DNA of 64,000 nucleotides from an uncultured bacterium (lineage in GTDB: Bacteria > Patescibacteriota > Minisyncoccia > Phycocordibacterales > DATDWN01): positions 12,632-76,631 of the forward strand of contig CAVSGX010000006.1 of the NCBI GenBank assembly GCA_963727715.1. The letters are read 5' to 3'. Position numbers and translations under genes: made by a program. The notes beneath the pieces were generated by a model, which did not search any database, was not told the origin of the DNA, and worked only from the letters and a program-made list of their open reading frames with translations. The first letter of the stretch is position 1. The number at the start of each line of letters is the position of its first letter. Below, piece by piece: positions 18,689 to 28,587 of the stretch.

Positions 18689-20470
18689 TTATTCCAGTAC
18701 CGCTTTGATGCGACGAACACCGGCGGAGACGGCTTCTTCTTTGATGATTTTAAAGTGGCCGAGTTCGCCGATATTTTCCACATGCGGACCACCACAAAAT
18801 TCTTTGGAATAAGAGGTTTCAAGCGAATCGCCTATATAATAGACAGAAACCTCGTCGCCGTATTTGTCGCCAAATGTATGTGAGGCGCCTGTTTTTTCGG
18901 CCTCTTCCCTTTTCATTATAATTTTATGCACAGGAAGTTTTTCGGAAATTTTTTGGTTGACCATATCTTCCACTTTTTTCTTTTCCTCATCTGTCATCTT
19001 GTGCGGAAATGTAAAATCAAAACGCAATCGCTCCGCGGTAATATTACTCCCTTTCTGGGTAATCTCCGTTTTCAAAACATCCTCCAACGCTTGACGCAAG
19101 AGATGCGTAGCAGTGTGTAGTTTTTTATTTTCTTCACCAGCATCCGAAAGCCCACCCTTGAACATGCCAGCTGAAGATGTGCGAGAAAGCTCTTGGTGTT
19201 TTTGAAATTCTTTGTCAAATTCTTCTTTTATTGTTTTGGTCATAAACACTCCTTTTTCTCTGGCAACTTCGGTTGTTAATTCCAATGGCAAACCATATGA
19301 TGAGAAAAACATAAAAGCATCAGTGCCAGTCAATGTCATTCCATGTATTGAAAATTTTTCAAATTCTTTCAAACCGTTCTCCAAAGTTTTCTCAAACTTT
19401 TTTTCTTCTTGCTCGAGATTTTGCAAAACGAAATTTTTGTTTTTCAAAAGTTCCGGATAAATGTCTTTGTAAATTTCAATTACAACTTCAGCGACATCTT
19501 TTGTGAAAGATTTCATACCAAGCTGTTTGCCGTAGCGGACAGCGCGACGGATCAAACGACGCAAAACATAACCCTGTCCAGTGTTTGACGGTGCAATCCC
19601 TTTCTCATCGCCCAAAATGAACGTACCGGCTTTCATGTGATCGGCAATGATGCGCATAGCTTTCAAATTTTCCTCGTATTTTTTGCCGGAAAGTTTTTCA
19701 ATATTCTCTATTATCGGCCAGAACAAATCAGTTCTATAATTGTCGTCTAAATCATTAACTACTACCAAAGTTCTCTCCAAGCCCATTCCGGTATCCACAT
19801 TTTTTTGTGCCAGTTGTTCAAACTTTCCATCCTTTGTTTTATTGTACTGCATAAAAACATCATTCCAGATTTCCAGCCAAAGCGGATTGTCGTCGTTGAA
19901 AATTTCCGGCACCTGTTCGGGATCACCGACCCAATAAAACATTTCGGTGTCAGGTCCGCATGGGCCACTCTCGCCGGCCGGTCCCCACCAGTTGTTTTTT
20001 TTCGGCAGTTTGGCAATTCTTTTTTTCGGGATGCCCAAACTTTTCCAAGTTTCAAAAGCTTCGTCGTCAAAGGGCGCGTCCGAGTCTCCGGCAAAAACTG
20101 AAACAGCTAGACGATCTTTATCTAGTCCAAGCCATTTTGGCGATGTTAAAAATTCAAAACTCCAAGAGATTGCTTCTTTCTTCCAATAATCTCCCAAAGA
20201 CCAGTTGCCGAGCATTTCGAAAAAAGTGTGGTGGCAATAATCACCAACCTCGTCGATGTCGCCTGTGCGAATGCATTTTTGGACATCAACCAGTCGCGGG
20301 CCAAGCGGGTGTTTTTCGCCGAGAAGATACGGCACCAAAGGGTGCATTCCGGCTGTAGTGAAAAGAACCGATGGATCGTTTTCGGGTACAAGAGAAGCCG
20401 ATGGGATAATTGCATGTCCCTTTTCCTTGAAAAACTGCAAATATTTTTGGCGAATTTCTTTTGATGTCAT
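18689..20470 (-). CDS. alaS: alanyl-tRNA synthetase, short form lacking the C-Ala domain
   Basis: about 593 aa; class II catalytic core (FTTAGMHPLVPYLLG), tRNA-recognition and editing domains (HTATHLL, CGGPHV) present; ends directly after the editing domain. Confidence 0.85.
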   Translation of the reverse strand: MTSKEIRQKYLQFFKEKGHAIIPSASLVPENDPSVLFTTAGMHPLVPYLLGEKHPLGPRLVDVQKCIRTGDIDEVGDYCHHTFFEMLGNWSLGDYWKKEAISWSFEFLTSPKWLGLDKDRLAVSVFAGDSDAPFDDEAFETWKSLGIPKKRIAKLPKKNNWWGPAGESGPCGPDTEMFYWVGDPEQVPEIFNDDNPLWLEIWNDVFMQYNKTKDGKFEQLAQKNVDTGMGLERTLVVVNDLDDNYRTDLFWPIIENIEKLSGKKYEENLKAMRIIADHMKAGTFILGDEKGIAPSNTGQGYVLRRLIRRAVRYGKQLGMKSFTKDVAEVVIEIYKDIYPELLKNKNFVLQNLEQEEKKFEKTLENGLKEFEKFSIHGMTLTGTDAFMFFSSYGLPLELTTEVAREKGVFMTKTIKEEFDKEFQKHQELSRTSSAGMFKGGLSDAGEENKKLHTATHLLRQALEDVLKTEITQKGSNITAERLRFDFTFPHKMTDEEKKKVEDMVNQKISEKLPVHKIIMKREEAEKTGASHTFGDKYGDEVSVYYIGDSLETSYSKEFCGGPHVENIGELGHFKIIKEEAVSAGVRRIKAVLE

Positions 20471-20514
20471 ACATATATATTGACACAAAACAGAAGAAAA
20501 TTAAAGGTTAAATT

Positions 20515-21120
20515 TTACAAAAATTTTTTCAGAATCTGAAAATCGTCCAGCAAAGTTTTTTTGTTGGAGCCGTTGTAAAGGGCTACGGCTGGGTGGTAAA
20601 GAGGTACGATGGTCACGGCGCCGTAGCCGGCTGTGCTATTACATTCCTTGCCGTGCATCTGGCTAATGGAAAGAAGTGGTGAATCGGAAAGCAGGCGGTT
20701 CATTATGTAGACCATAGAAAATCTGCCGAGTGTGGCGATGACTTTTGGCTCTATAATTTCAATTTGTCTGTCCAAAAACGGCGCGTACAAATCAATTTCC
20801 TCTTGTGTCGGATCGCGATTTTCTGGCGGGCGATCTTTAACCACATTGGTCACATAAACATCTTCACGTTTGAGGCCGATAGAGGCAATCATCTCGTCTA
20901 AAATTCGTCCCGATGCTCCGCAAAAAGGTCGAGCCTTTTCGGCTTCGTTTTTGCCCGGCGCTTCGCCGACAAACATTATGCTGGCATCATGATTCCCTTC
21001 CCCGACCACCGGAAAATATTTGTTCTCGGTGCGATATTTATAAAGTGGAGATTTTTTGAAAATCAAAAGCTCGTCACGAATTTCCCGCAACTTTTCTGTT
21101 TTTTCGGCATTAGTGAGCAT
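20515..21120 (-). CDS. uracil-DNA glycosylase, family 4
   Basis: 201 aa; GEAPGKNEAEKARPFCGASGRILD family-4 UDG motif. Confidence 0.8.
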   Translation of the reverse strand: MLTNAEKTEKLREIRDELLIFKKSPLYKYRTENKYFPVVGEGNHDASIMFVGEAPGKNEAEKARPFCGASGRILDEMIASIGLKREDVYVTNVVKDRPPENRDPTQEEIDLYAPFLDRQIEIIEPKVIATLGRFSMVYIMNRLLSDSPLLSISQMHGKECNSTAGYGAVTIVPLYHPAVALYNGSNKKTLLDDFQILKKFL

Positions 21121-21122
21121 GG

Positions 21123-21569
21123 TTATCTTTTTATGTAAAATTTCCCCTGCAAATAATTTTCAATAACTTCAAAGCTTGGAAAATATCTGGGTTGTGGCAA
21201 ATTTTTCAGATCAAACCATTGCCAGTCAACAATCTCATCCGGCTCCATCACTTTGGCCTCACCTTTCCACTCGTGGGTCAAAAGCCCTACGGTCATAAAA
21301 TGGGCATGCTCGTTTTTGCAGTTGTGAACTGAAATAACCTGCGGATTTTTTATTTCAATGCCGGTTTCTTCTTTGGTTTCGCGAATGGCGCCGTCCTCCA
21401 ATGTCTCTCCCCACCCCAACTTGCCTCCGGGCAGACACCACTCTCCACTACTGCGAAAAGCCGAATCGGCCTTGTCCGGATCGGGGTGTCGCATACCCAA
21501 AAGTATTTTGCCGTCCTTTTCCAAAATAACTCCAAACCCCGCACCAACTCTCTTTTTTTCTTCTGCCAT
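21123..21569 (-). CDS. NUDIX hydrolase
   Basis: 148 aa; Nudix box GGKLGWGETLEDGAIRETKEETGIE. Confidence 0.85.
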   Translation of the reverse strand: MAEEKKRVGAGFGVILEKDGKILLGMRHPDPDKADSAFRSSGEWCLPGGKLGWGETLEDGAIRETKEETGIEIKNPQVISVHNCKNEHAHFMTVGLLTHEWKGEAKVMEPDEIVDWQWFDLKNLPQPRYFPSFEVIENYLQGKFYIKR

Positions 21570-21595
21570 AAAATTATTAATTAGACGAATAATTC

Positions 21596-22210
21596 TTATT
21601 TTTCATCTCTATTAATCCACCACTTACTCCTCTGACTTTTCTTATCAAACCACCAATCATTTGAATCCATATTCACTATTTCTTTCGCCAATTTTTTGGC
21701 ATTGTCAGTCCTCAATCTTTTCAAAGCAGAAGTGATCCATTTTAAAGCTCTGGTATTTCCTGTGTCCACCTCTTCTTTCAAAGCCAAAATCCATTCCAGG
21801 TTATCGGCGTCTTTGACGATTATAGATTCTTTTGTTTTTCTCTCCTCATATTCGTTTATCAGATCAAACATTTGCTTGCCGAAAGGTATGGAGTTGGTGA
21901 TATCCTTGTTGGCCTGACTTTCTTTTCGTTCAACATATTTTTGATGAACATAATTCAAATCGGAAATACGCGTTTCGGAAATATCATGCAAGAGGCACAT
22001 TTGCAAAACTTTTGACAAATCCGCCTGACCATCCATCAAAGCCAGCATATACCCGATGTAACTGACTCTATTTATATGTTCAGCTACAGTCTGATCACCC
22101 GTGCCCAGAAAATAAAAACCGCTTCTTGGAGTTTTGGCAAGTATGCCAACTTCAAAAAGAAAATTGGCGATTTTTTCATTGTTTGTTTTGCTATTAGTTT
22201 TCTTTTTCAT
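21596..22210 (-). CDS. HD-domain phosphohydrolase (YfbR-like 5'-deoxynucleotidase family)
   Basis: 204 aa; HD motif (H..H...LLHDISE..D). Confidence 0.7.
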   Translation of the reverse strand: MKKKTNSKTNNEKIANFLFEVGILAKTPRSGFYFLGTGDQTVAEHINRVSYIGYMLALMDGQADLSKVLQMCLLHDISETRISDLNYVHQKYVERKESQANKDITNSIPFGKQMFDLINEYEERKTKESIIVKDADNLEWILALKEEVDTGNTRALKWITSALKRLRTDNAKKLAKEIVNMDSNDWWFDKKSQRSKWWINRDEK

Positions 22211-22216
22211 ATTTTT

Positions 22217-23056
22217 TCATAAGGCTTTAATTTCCTCCAACACTTTTTCTTTTTCGGTTGAAGTCAAATTAATTGCATCAAGCAATTGAGGATTACTTAT
22301 CAGTGTTTTGCATAAAACGATGCCTCGGTCCAGCAATTCTTTTTTCCCACGGCCGTTTAAAGTGGAAAGACAGGTTAGCGGGTGTAATTTCTCTTCCAAA
22401 ATCAAATCATGCAGATTGCCGTTTGTTGGATAGTTCCAGCCGATCATTACCAATTCCTTGCCTTGCTGACTACCGTACTCAATGGCTGTGGAGGTGAATT
22501 TAGTGTTTGTCACAAGCCAGCCTTCGTCAATTTTTCGTCCCGGTCGACCATAGTCAAAAGTCGCGCCGGAGAGATCATCAAACCTTTCTTTGACATACAA
22601 AATAACTTTCAAATCTGTTTTGACGCCGAGTTGGTTGTGGAATTTGGCCTCAACCATTATCAGTTTTTCGGCGTTCCAAGCCACCACATCTATTTCGTGT
22701 TCAACAAGTTTGCCCCGCACTTTTTGATCGGTTAAAGTTTCAAAACCTTTCTCGCGCAAAATCTCGGCCACGAATTTTTCAAACGGGAAACCAGACGGAC
22801 CGAGTTCCATAATGGCTCGTTTCAAAGAATATTTTATTGCCACCGGTTGTTCGGCGCGGTTGAGCATCTCAAAAGCCCGATGATATATGTCGTGGGTGCT
22901 CATGCCATCAACCATCAAGTCTCTGATGTCGTCTAGAATGAGTTCCACTGATCTGCTACTGGCCCCGGCCCGCTTAAGGGATCCTTTCAGCTTGCTACTG
23001 TCGAAAACTTCCCGACTGCCGTCGGCTTTTGTGATATAGATTGGTTCAGCGTTCAT
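22217..23056 (-). CDS. ATP-cone domain fused to restriction-endonuclease-like (Mrr-type PD-(D/E)xK) domain
   Basis: N-terminal ATP-cone (YITKADGSREVFDSSKLKGSLKRAG); C-terminal EIDVVAW...IMVEAKFH PD-(D/E)xK-like core; start trimmed to MNAEP to avoid overlap with mnmA. Confidence 0.55.
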   Translation of the reverse strand: MNAEPIYITKADGSREVFDSSKLKGSLKRAGASSRSVELILDDIRDLMVDGMSTHDIYHRAFEMLNRAEQPVAIKYSLKRAIMELGPSGFPFEKFVAEILREKGFETLTDQKVRGKLVEHEIDVVAWNAEKLIMVEAKFHNQLGVKTDLKVILYVKERFDDLSGATFDYGRPGRKIDEGWLVTNTKFTSTAIEYGSQQGKELVMIGWNYPTNGNLHDLILEEKLHPLTCLSTLNGRGKKELLDRGIVLCKTLISNPQLLDAINLTSTEKEKVLEEIKAL

Positions 23057-23063
23057 ATCGATA

Positions 23064-24311
23064 TTATTGCACAACATTAATAATGCCGCCACCGAGGCAG
23101 ATATCGTTGTCATACAAAACAGCCGACTGGCCAAGAGCCACGCCGTTTTGTGGTTCGGTGAAAGTAATGTGCCAACCGTTGGATTTTTTGGTCACTGAGC
23201 ATTTTTGCTTTTCTTGGCGATAGCGGATGCGAATCGAGCAATCAAAATTTTCTTTTTCTTTTCCGGAAACAAAATGCAAATCTTTGACAACAATTTCTTT
23301 TGTTGAATAAACCGCGCCACTTTCCGTTTTTTTGTCGGCCACAATGATTGTATTTTTTTCTAAATCTTTAGTCACAACAAAAAGTCGCGAGTCGTTCGGA
23401 GATTTCTTGGTGATGGTAAAACCATGCCTCTCCCCGATAGTGTAAAAAATCGCGCCGTTGTGCCAGCCGATTTTTTCTCCGCGCGTGTTTAACACATCTC
23501 CTTTTTTCGTTTCAATGTAATGCGACAAAAATTCTTTCAAATCCACCTTGCCTAGAAAACAAATTCCCTGACTGTCTTTTTTCGTGGCTGTCGGCAACCT
23601 GAACTTTTCGGCCAGCTTGCGCACTTCCGGTTTTGTCAGATGCCCAATCGGGAAAAGAGTATGTGAAAGTTGTTTCTGATCAAGCGTGTACAAAAAATAG
23701 GACTGATCCTTGTTTTCGTCTGTTCCTTCATGCAGTTCAAACAATTTAGATTTCTTTCTCGGAAAATCTTTTGCAGAGCACGCGTCAAAAATCTGCTGAT
23801 TTTTGCGCTCTCTCTCGCCTGCCCGGCTCCGAGAGGTTTCCAAAAATAATTTCTCTTCGCCAAAATTTGAAATTTTTTCAACTCGCGAGTAATGTCCAGT
23901 GGCCACAAAATCTGCGCCAAGCCCGAGAGCTTTTTTTAGAAAAACGCCGAATTTGACATATTTGTTACAAAAAACATCAGGATTTGGCGTCCGGCCGGCG
24001 CGATACTCGGCAATCATATAGTCGGCCACTTCTTTTTTGTATTCTTTCTCACAATCCATCGTTAAAAATGGTACACCGAGCGTGGCACAAACTCGCATAG
24101 CGCTTTGTCTCTCCTCTTTCCAATCGCAAGACAAAAAATCCGGATACCAAACTTTCAAAAACACACCAATCACATCATAACCTTGTTCTTTGAGTAGCGC
24201 CAAAGCCACAGACGAATCCACTCCGCCCGAAACTCCAACAAAAACTTTGGTTTTGCTGTTATCTTGACTTTTCATTTTGATTATGATATCAAATACACGG
24301 GAGAAAAACAA
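23064..24311 (-). CDS. mnmA: tRNA-specific 2-thiouridylase MnmA
   Basis: PP-loop VGVSGGVDSSVALALL; central and C-terminal MnmA domains present; contains a lineage-specific insertion. Confidence 0.85.
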   Translation of the reverse strand: MFFSRVFDIIIKMKSQDNSKTKVFVGVSGGVDSSVALALLKEQGYDVIGVFLKVWYPDFLSCDWKEERQSAMRVCATLGVPFLTMDCEKEYKKEVADYMIAEYRAGRTPNPDVFCNKYVKFGVFLKKALGLGADFVATGHYSRVEKISNFGEEKLFLETSRSRAGERERKNQQIFDACSAKDFPRKKSKLFELHEGTDENKDQSYFLYTLDQKQLSHTLFPIGHLTKPEVRKLAEKFRLPTATKKDSQGICFLGKVDLKEFLSHYIETKKGDVLNTRGEKIGWHNGAIFYTIGERHGFTITKKSPNDSRLFVVTKDLEKNTIIVADKKTESGAVYSTKEIVVKDLHFVSGKEKENFDCSIRIRYRQEKQKCSVTKKSNGWHITFTEPQNGVALGQSAVLYDNDICLGGGIINVVQ

Positions 24312-24552
24312 TAATTTCTCTAAGTTCCCATAATCGTTTTAAGCTATTTGTATTGATGGCGGTCATTTCATCTGGTTTTGCTTTCGCAAAAAATTGGCTT
24401 GCTGGATTTGTTATCTTTTTTGGCTGGTTAGCCATTTACTTTCTAGCCAGCACGATGATGAAAGATCTCTTAGACAAAGATTGAATAAACCACGGCGACC
24501 GGGAAATCTCGGCTGCTTTTGTTTTTTTTCACCACATCCAGTCTGTTGAAAA

Positions 24553-25554
24553 CTATTTCAAATACTTGGCGATATTTTTTTGATGCTCGGCGAAAGTCGT
24601 AGCGTAGTGCATCTGTCCATCCTTGCCGGTCAAGTAGTAAAAATATGGCGTTTCTGTCGGCATGACAGCGGCGGTCAGTGAGTCAAGTCCGGGGTTGTCG
24701 ATTGGTTTTGGTGGCAGGCCGGTGTGCAAATATGTATTGTATGGCGAGTTGATTTTCAAATCGCTAGACGAGAGTTTGTCCAGACTTTTGCCAGTGATGT
24801 AAGAAATAGTGGAATCAACTTGTAGAGGCATACCTAGTGTCAGACGTTTCCACAAAATGCCAGCCACGATTTGTCTGTCTCTCGTATTGGTGGCTTCGTC
24901 TTCAAGCATTGAGGCCATAATGACGACTTGAAAAATGGGTTTGTCTGAATTTTTAATCTGTGGAACGGAATTTATTTTTTGCTGAAAATTATTTTCCATT
25001 TTTCCCATAAGCAATTCCGGGGTTATGTTCGGCGAAACAAAATACGTGTCCGGGAAAAGATAACCTTCGGACGAACTGGCCAAATTTTGAAACTTCACTC
25101 CGTCAAAATTCGGCAACCGGCTCGGCAAATAACTGGTTATTTGTTTTACACTCCAACCTTCCGGAATGGTGATTTTGGTCAGTTCTATATCCGTTTTGCC
25201 GAAAGCGAAACGATAAGCCAAAGTCAAAGTGTTTTCCGGTTTTTTCAAAAGATAATCTCCGGCCACCACTTTTTTCTCGCTACCGAGCAATATGACCGCG
25301 CTGCGAAAAATAAAAGCCGAACGAATAATGTGTACTGTTTTCAATTCATTTGTTATTTGTTCTAGGGATTCGCCCTGACTTACATTTATAACTTTGCCTG
25401 CTGGAAAGTCTGGTCTTGGGCTGATTGAAAAACAAAACAAAAATATCAAAATGAAAATAATCAAAACAACCAACCAATTTCTTTTTTCAGAAAAACAAGC
25501 CTGAATTTTTTCAGGCCAAGTTTTTGAAACGGATGTAATCTGATCTTTGTCCAT
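24553..25554 (-). CDS. mltG: endolytic murein transglycosylase MltG (YceG family)
   Basis: 333 aa; N-terminal TM and YceG-like domain (FYYLTGKDGQMHYATTFAEHQKN). Confidence 0.8.
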   Translation of the reverse strand: MDKDQITSVSKTWPEKIQACFSEKRNWLVVLIIFILIFLFCFSISPRPDFPAGKVINVSQGESLEQITNELKTVHIIRSAFIFRSAVILLGSEKKVVAGDYLLKKPENTLTLAYRFAFGKTDIELTKITIPEGWSVKQITSYLPSRLPNFDGVKFQNLASSSEGYLFPDTYFVSPNITPELLMGKMENNFQQKINSVPQIKNSDKPIFQVVIMASMLEDEATNTRDRQIVAGILWKRLTLGMPLQVDSTISYITGKSLDKLSSSDLKINSPYNTYLHTGLPPKPIDNPGLDSLTAAVMPTETPYFYYLTGKDGQMHYATTFAEHQKNIAKYLK

Positions 25555-25563
25555 AATTTAAAA

Positions 25564-26814
25564 TTATACAGGAAGATTGGATGGAGCTTCGGATTTCTTG
25601 GAACCAATGCGGGTAAAGGCCGGCGTGGTGGAAACACCGCCTGGGAAGTGATAAATAGTGGCCAGCTCCTCGGTGTTCAGAACAAAACACGGCTTCTTGA
25701 ACGGAGCGTAAAAATAAGCTCGATGCTTGTAAGCGTCCAAAAGTCTTTTTTTCTCCCTGATAATTTTTTTCTCCGGTCTTTCTTTCCACAAAAGAAAAGT
25801 ATTGGTGTAATTGGACTCTACCCCGCGAGCCGGTTTGAAACCGTTCAGGTTGTTGGAATTATAATTGCGAAATCCACCAGTAATGCCACCTTGATTGGCC
25901 TTGTTGAAAATATCTTTCGGAGCGACATAAATAGCGCGGATACCTACATCAAAACCAAGCTTGGAAACGCTTCTCTCCAAAGCGGCAATGACTTCTGCCT
26001 CGCCTTTTGTCGGCGGCCGACCCGGCAAAGTTTTTCCCTCCTTGTCTTTTTCTCCTTTCGTTTTTTCCAATATTTTTTTCACTTCCTCTTTTGCCCCCTC
26101 GGCCCATTTTTTATCAAGTGGCTTGCCTGTCTCTGGGTCTTTACTCTCGGCTTTGTGGGCTCGGATAATAATTTGCACCCAGATTTGATGTTCTCGCCCA
26201 ATGCCTCCCAAAAATTCTATGAGAGGAGTCATCGGATCAATCTTAAACTCTTCTTTTGGATCTTCATCCATACCGTAATCAACATAAGTTTTTATAGGAT
26301 AAGCGTCAGGTTTGGTCAAATCAAATTCCGTAGCCCACATTGAATTTTTCTCCGGGTCATAGGAAACAGGTAGTGTGTAGTCAGTCGCTTCATAGATTTC
26401 GATGCCCGGAAATTGTGAATATAGATTAGCTTCGATAACATTTCTCATCCCAGCTCGTGTCCAAATGAAAAAATGAATGGCCCCGTCAATAGCGACTAAT
26501 TCCAGAGAAAACCACGGACGGACTTGGCCTTTCCAATAAACATCGTGCCAATTCCCTTCACCGCCGGTCTGGTACAAACCATTTAGAAAGATTTCCATTG
26601 ACAATGGCGATTTGAACATTTCACGCGGTACTTTTACTTCCAACAGGACATAGGTTTGTTTGGCGAAAAACTGCGCTCGGCGATAATTGATCCACAAATC
26701 CCACAGTACAAATAAAAGTAAAATAGGCAACCACACAAAAGAGGTGTGATAAAAAATGTTAAAAACAGAAACTATTTGACCGCTCATTAAAAAACCACCA
26801 AATAGATTTGTCAT
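25564..26814 (-). CDS. membrane-anchored hypothetical protein
   Basis: 416 aa; two N-terminal TM helices then a large soluble domain rich in Lys/Glu; no recognisable motif. Confidence 0.4.
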   Translation of the reverse strand: MTNLFGGFLMSGQIVSVFNIFYHTSFVWLPILLLFVLWDLWINYRRAQFFAKQTYVLLEVKVPREMFKSPLSMEIFLNGLYQTGGEGNWHDVYWKGQVRPWFSLELVAIDGAIHFFIWTRAGMRNVIEANLYSQFPGIEIYEATDYTLPVSYDPEKNSMWATEFDLTKPDAYPIKTYVDYGMDEDPKEEFKIDPMTPLIEFLGGIGREHQIWVQIIIRAHKAESKDPETGKPLDKKWAEGAKEEVKKILEKTKGEKDKEGKTLPGRPPTKGEAEVIAALERSVSKLGFDVGIRAIYVAPKDIFNKANQGGITGGFRNYNSNNLNGFKPARGVESNYTNTFLLWKERPEKKIIREKKRLLDAYKHRAYFYAPFKKPCFVLNTEELATIYHFPGGVSTTPAFTRIGSKKSEAPSNLPV

Positions 26815-26829
26815 ACATTTAATTTTACA

Positions 26830-27510
26830 TCAACCAAGCGAAATCATCAAATTTTCCAGAATCATTTTAATAGGCGCTCCACGGTCATGAAGACTCTCTC
26901 GGGTTTTCTGACAAAGGGCCAAATTGTCAGCTTCTTTTTCCATTCCGTTTTGATAAAGCTCGCTCTCTATTTGGTTGACCAAATCCACAGCATCCTGTTT
27001 GGTTTTTTCTTCATCTAAAATTTCTTCGGTCATTTTTTTTACTATTCCAAGTTTTTCAGCAATCGGCTTGGCCAAGATATTTTCCGAATTTTTGGTTTTT
27101 TGATTTTCCGACTTTATGACTTGCACTCTTGATCTTAAAGTCGTAAGCAATGTATCTTGTGGCATCAAAATAAAAAAATGGGTTTTATCTGTCGGTTCCT
27201 CAAAAATTTTGAGCAAAGCATTTTGGGCCTCCTCTGTCACGATGTTCGTTTCAATTAAAAAGAATTTTCTTTTGCCGGCGAAACTTTTTCGACTGGCGTC
27301 TTGAGCGATTTTTCTGGCAAAATCGATCGTCAATGTATCGCAAAAAATATTCTGGACATCCGGATTTCCGGAAATAATTAAATCGCATTTTTCAGTCAAA
27401 AAATTTCCTACACTTTTTCTAGTTGCTTCTTTTTCTCCCACCACCAAATAAGCGTGATGCAAATTTTCAGCTGAAATGTTTTCGAATGGGTTCATTTTAT
27501 CTTTTGGCAA
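26830..27510 (-). CDS. holB: DNA polymerase III delta' subunit
   Basis: 226 aa; AAA+-like clamp-loader delta' layout (HAYLVVG, LLKIFEEP, SRVQ). Confidence 0.7.
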   Translation of the reverse strand: MPKDKMNPFENISAENLHHAYLVVGEKEATRKSVGNFLTEKCDLIISGNPDVQNIFCDTLTIDFARKIAQDASRKSFAGKRKFFLIETNIVTEEAQNALLKIFEEPTDKTHFFILMPQDTLLTTLRSRVQVIKSENQKTKNSENILAKPIAEKLGIVKKMTEEILDEEKTKQDAVDLVNQIESELYQNGMEKEADNLALCQKTRESLHDRGAPIKMILENLMISLG

Positions 27511-28510
27511 TAATGGATTTTTTGTATGTATTTAAGTGTTCCAATGCGATGCCAGTGCCATTGGCCACGCAGTACAGCGGATCTTTGGCCATGACAGCTT
27601 TGACCCCGATGCGACGAAAAACCAGCTCGGGGAAATTGCGCAACTGCGATGTGCCACCGGTCATAATAATGCCACGGTCAATAATGTCGGCCGAGAGTTC
27701 CGGCGGAGTGTCTTGCAAAACATCTTTGATGGCCGAAATCATTTCGCGCAAATCTTTGGAAATGGCTTTGACAATTTCGTTTGTTTTGATTTCAACCGAG
27801 CGTGGCAAGCCACTCACGAAATCCCGCCCCTTGATGGTGACAGAAAGTTCTTCATCCAAGGGAATGGCCGAGCCAATCTGGATTTTGATATCTTCAGCTG
27901 TTTTATCTCCAATGCCGAGGTTGAAAGATTTTTTGATGTAATCGGCAATAGCCGAGTCTATTTTATTTCCAGCGCATTTGACCGAAGTTGAAGCTACGAT
28001 ACCGCCGAGAGAAATAACCGCCACGTCCGTTGTGCCTCCGCCGATATCCACGATCATATGTCCCATCGCCTCGTTGATCGGAATGCCTGCGCCGATGGCC
28101 GCCAGAATCGGTTCCTTGACCACATAAGCGTTCTTGGCTCCGGCTTTAATGGCCGCTTCAATAACCGCGCGGCGCTCGGTGGATGTCACGCCGGCCGGCA
28201 CGGAAAGCAAAACCTCCGGCCTGACAAAATTCCATTTGCCGAGAGCCTTATCAATATAATATCGCAACATCGCTTCAGTCACGCGATAGTCGGCGATGAC
28301 ACCGTCTTTCATCGGTCGGTAAGCGACAATGCTCTCTGGGGTGCGGCCGATCATCTGTTTGGCTTCAAGACCAATGGCCATAATGCGATTATCTTCCTCG
28401 GAGACGGCCACAACAGACGGTTCGTTCAGCACAATTCCCTTTCCCGGCACAAAAACCAAGGTGTTAGCCGTGCCTAAATCAATTCCGAGTTTTTTAGAGA
28501 AGAATGACAT
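27497..28510 (-). CDS. mreB: rod-shape-determining protein MreB
   Basis: actin-fold ATPase; GIDLGTANTLV, DIGGGTTDVAV. Confidence 0.9.
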   Translation of the reverse strand: MSFFSKKLGIDLGTANTLVFVPGKGIVLNEPSVVAVSEEDNRIMAIGLEAKQMIGRTPESIVAYRPMKDGVIADYRVTEAMLRYYIDKALGKWNFVRPEVLLSVPAGVTSTERRAVIEAAIKAGAKNAYVVKEPILAAIGAGIPINEAMGHMIVDIGGGTTDVAVISLGGIVASTSVKCAGNKIDSAIADYIKKSFNLGIGDKTAEDIKIQIGSAIPLDEELSVTIKGRDFVSGLPRSVEIKTNEIVKAISKDLREMISAIKDVLQDTPPELSADIIDRGIIMTGGTSQLRNFPELVFRRIGVKAVMAKDPLYCVANGTGIALEHLNTYKKSIIAKR

Positions 28511-28587
28511 GGAGATACAATAGCACAAAGAATTTCTAATTTCTAATCACTAATTTCTAAACAATTTCCTCATGTTATAATACCCCC

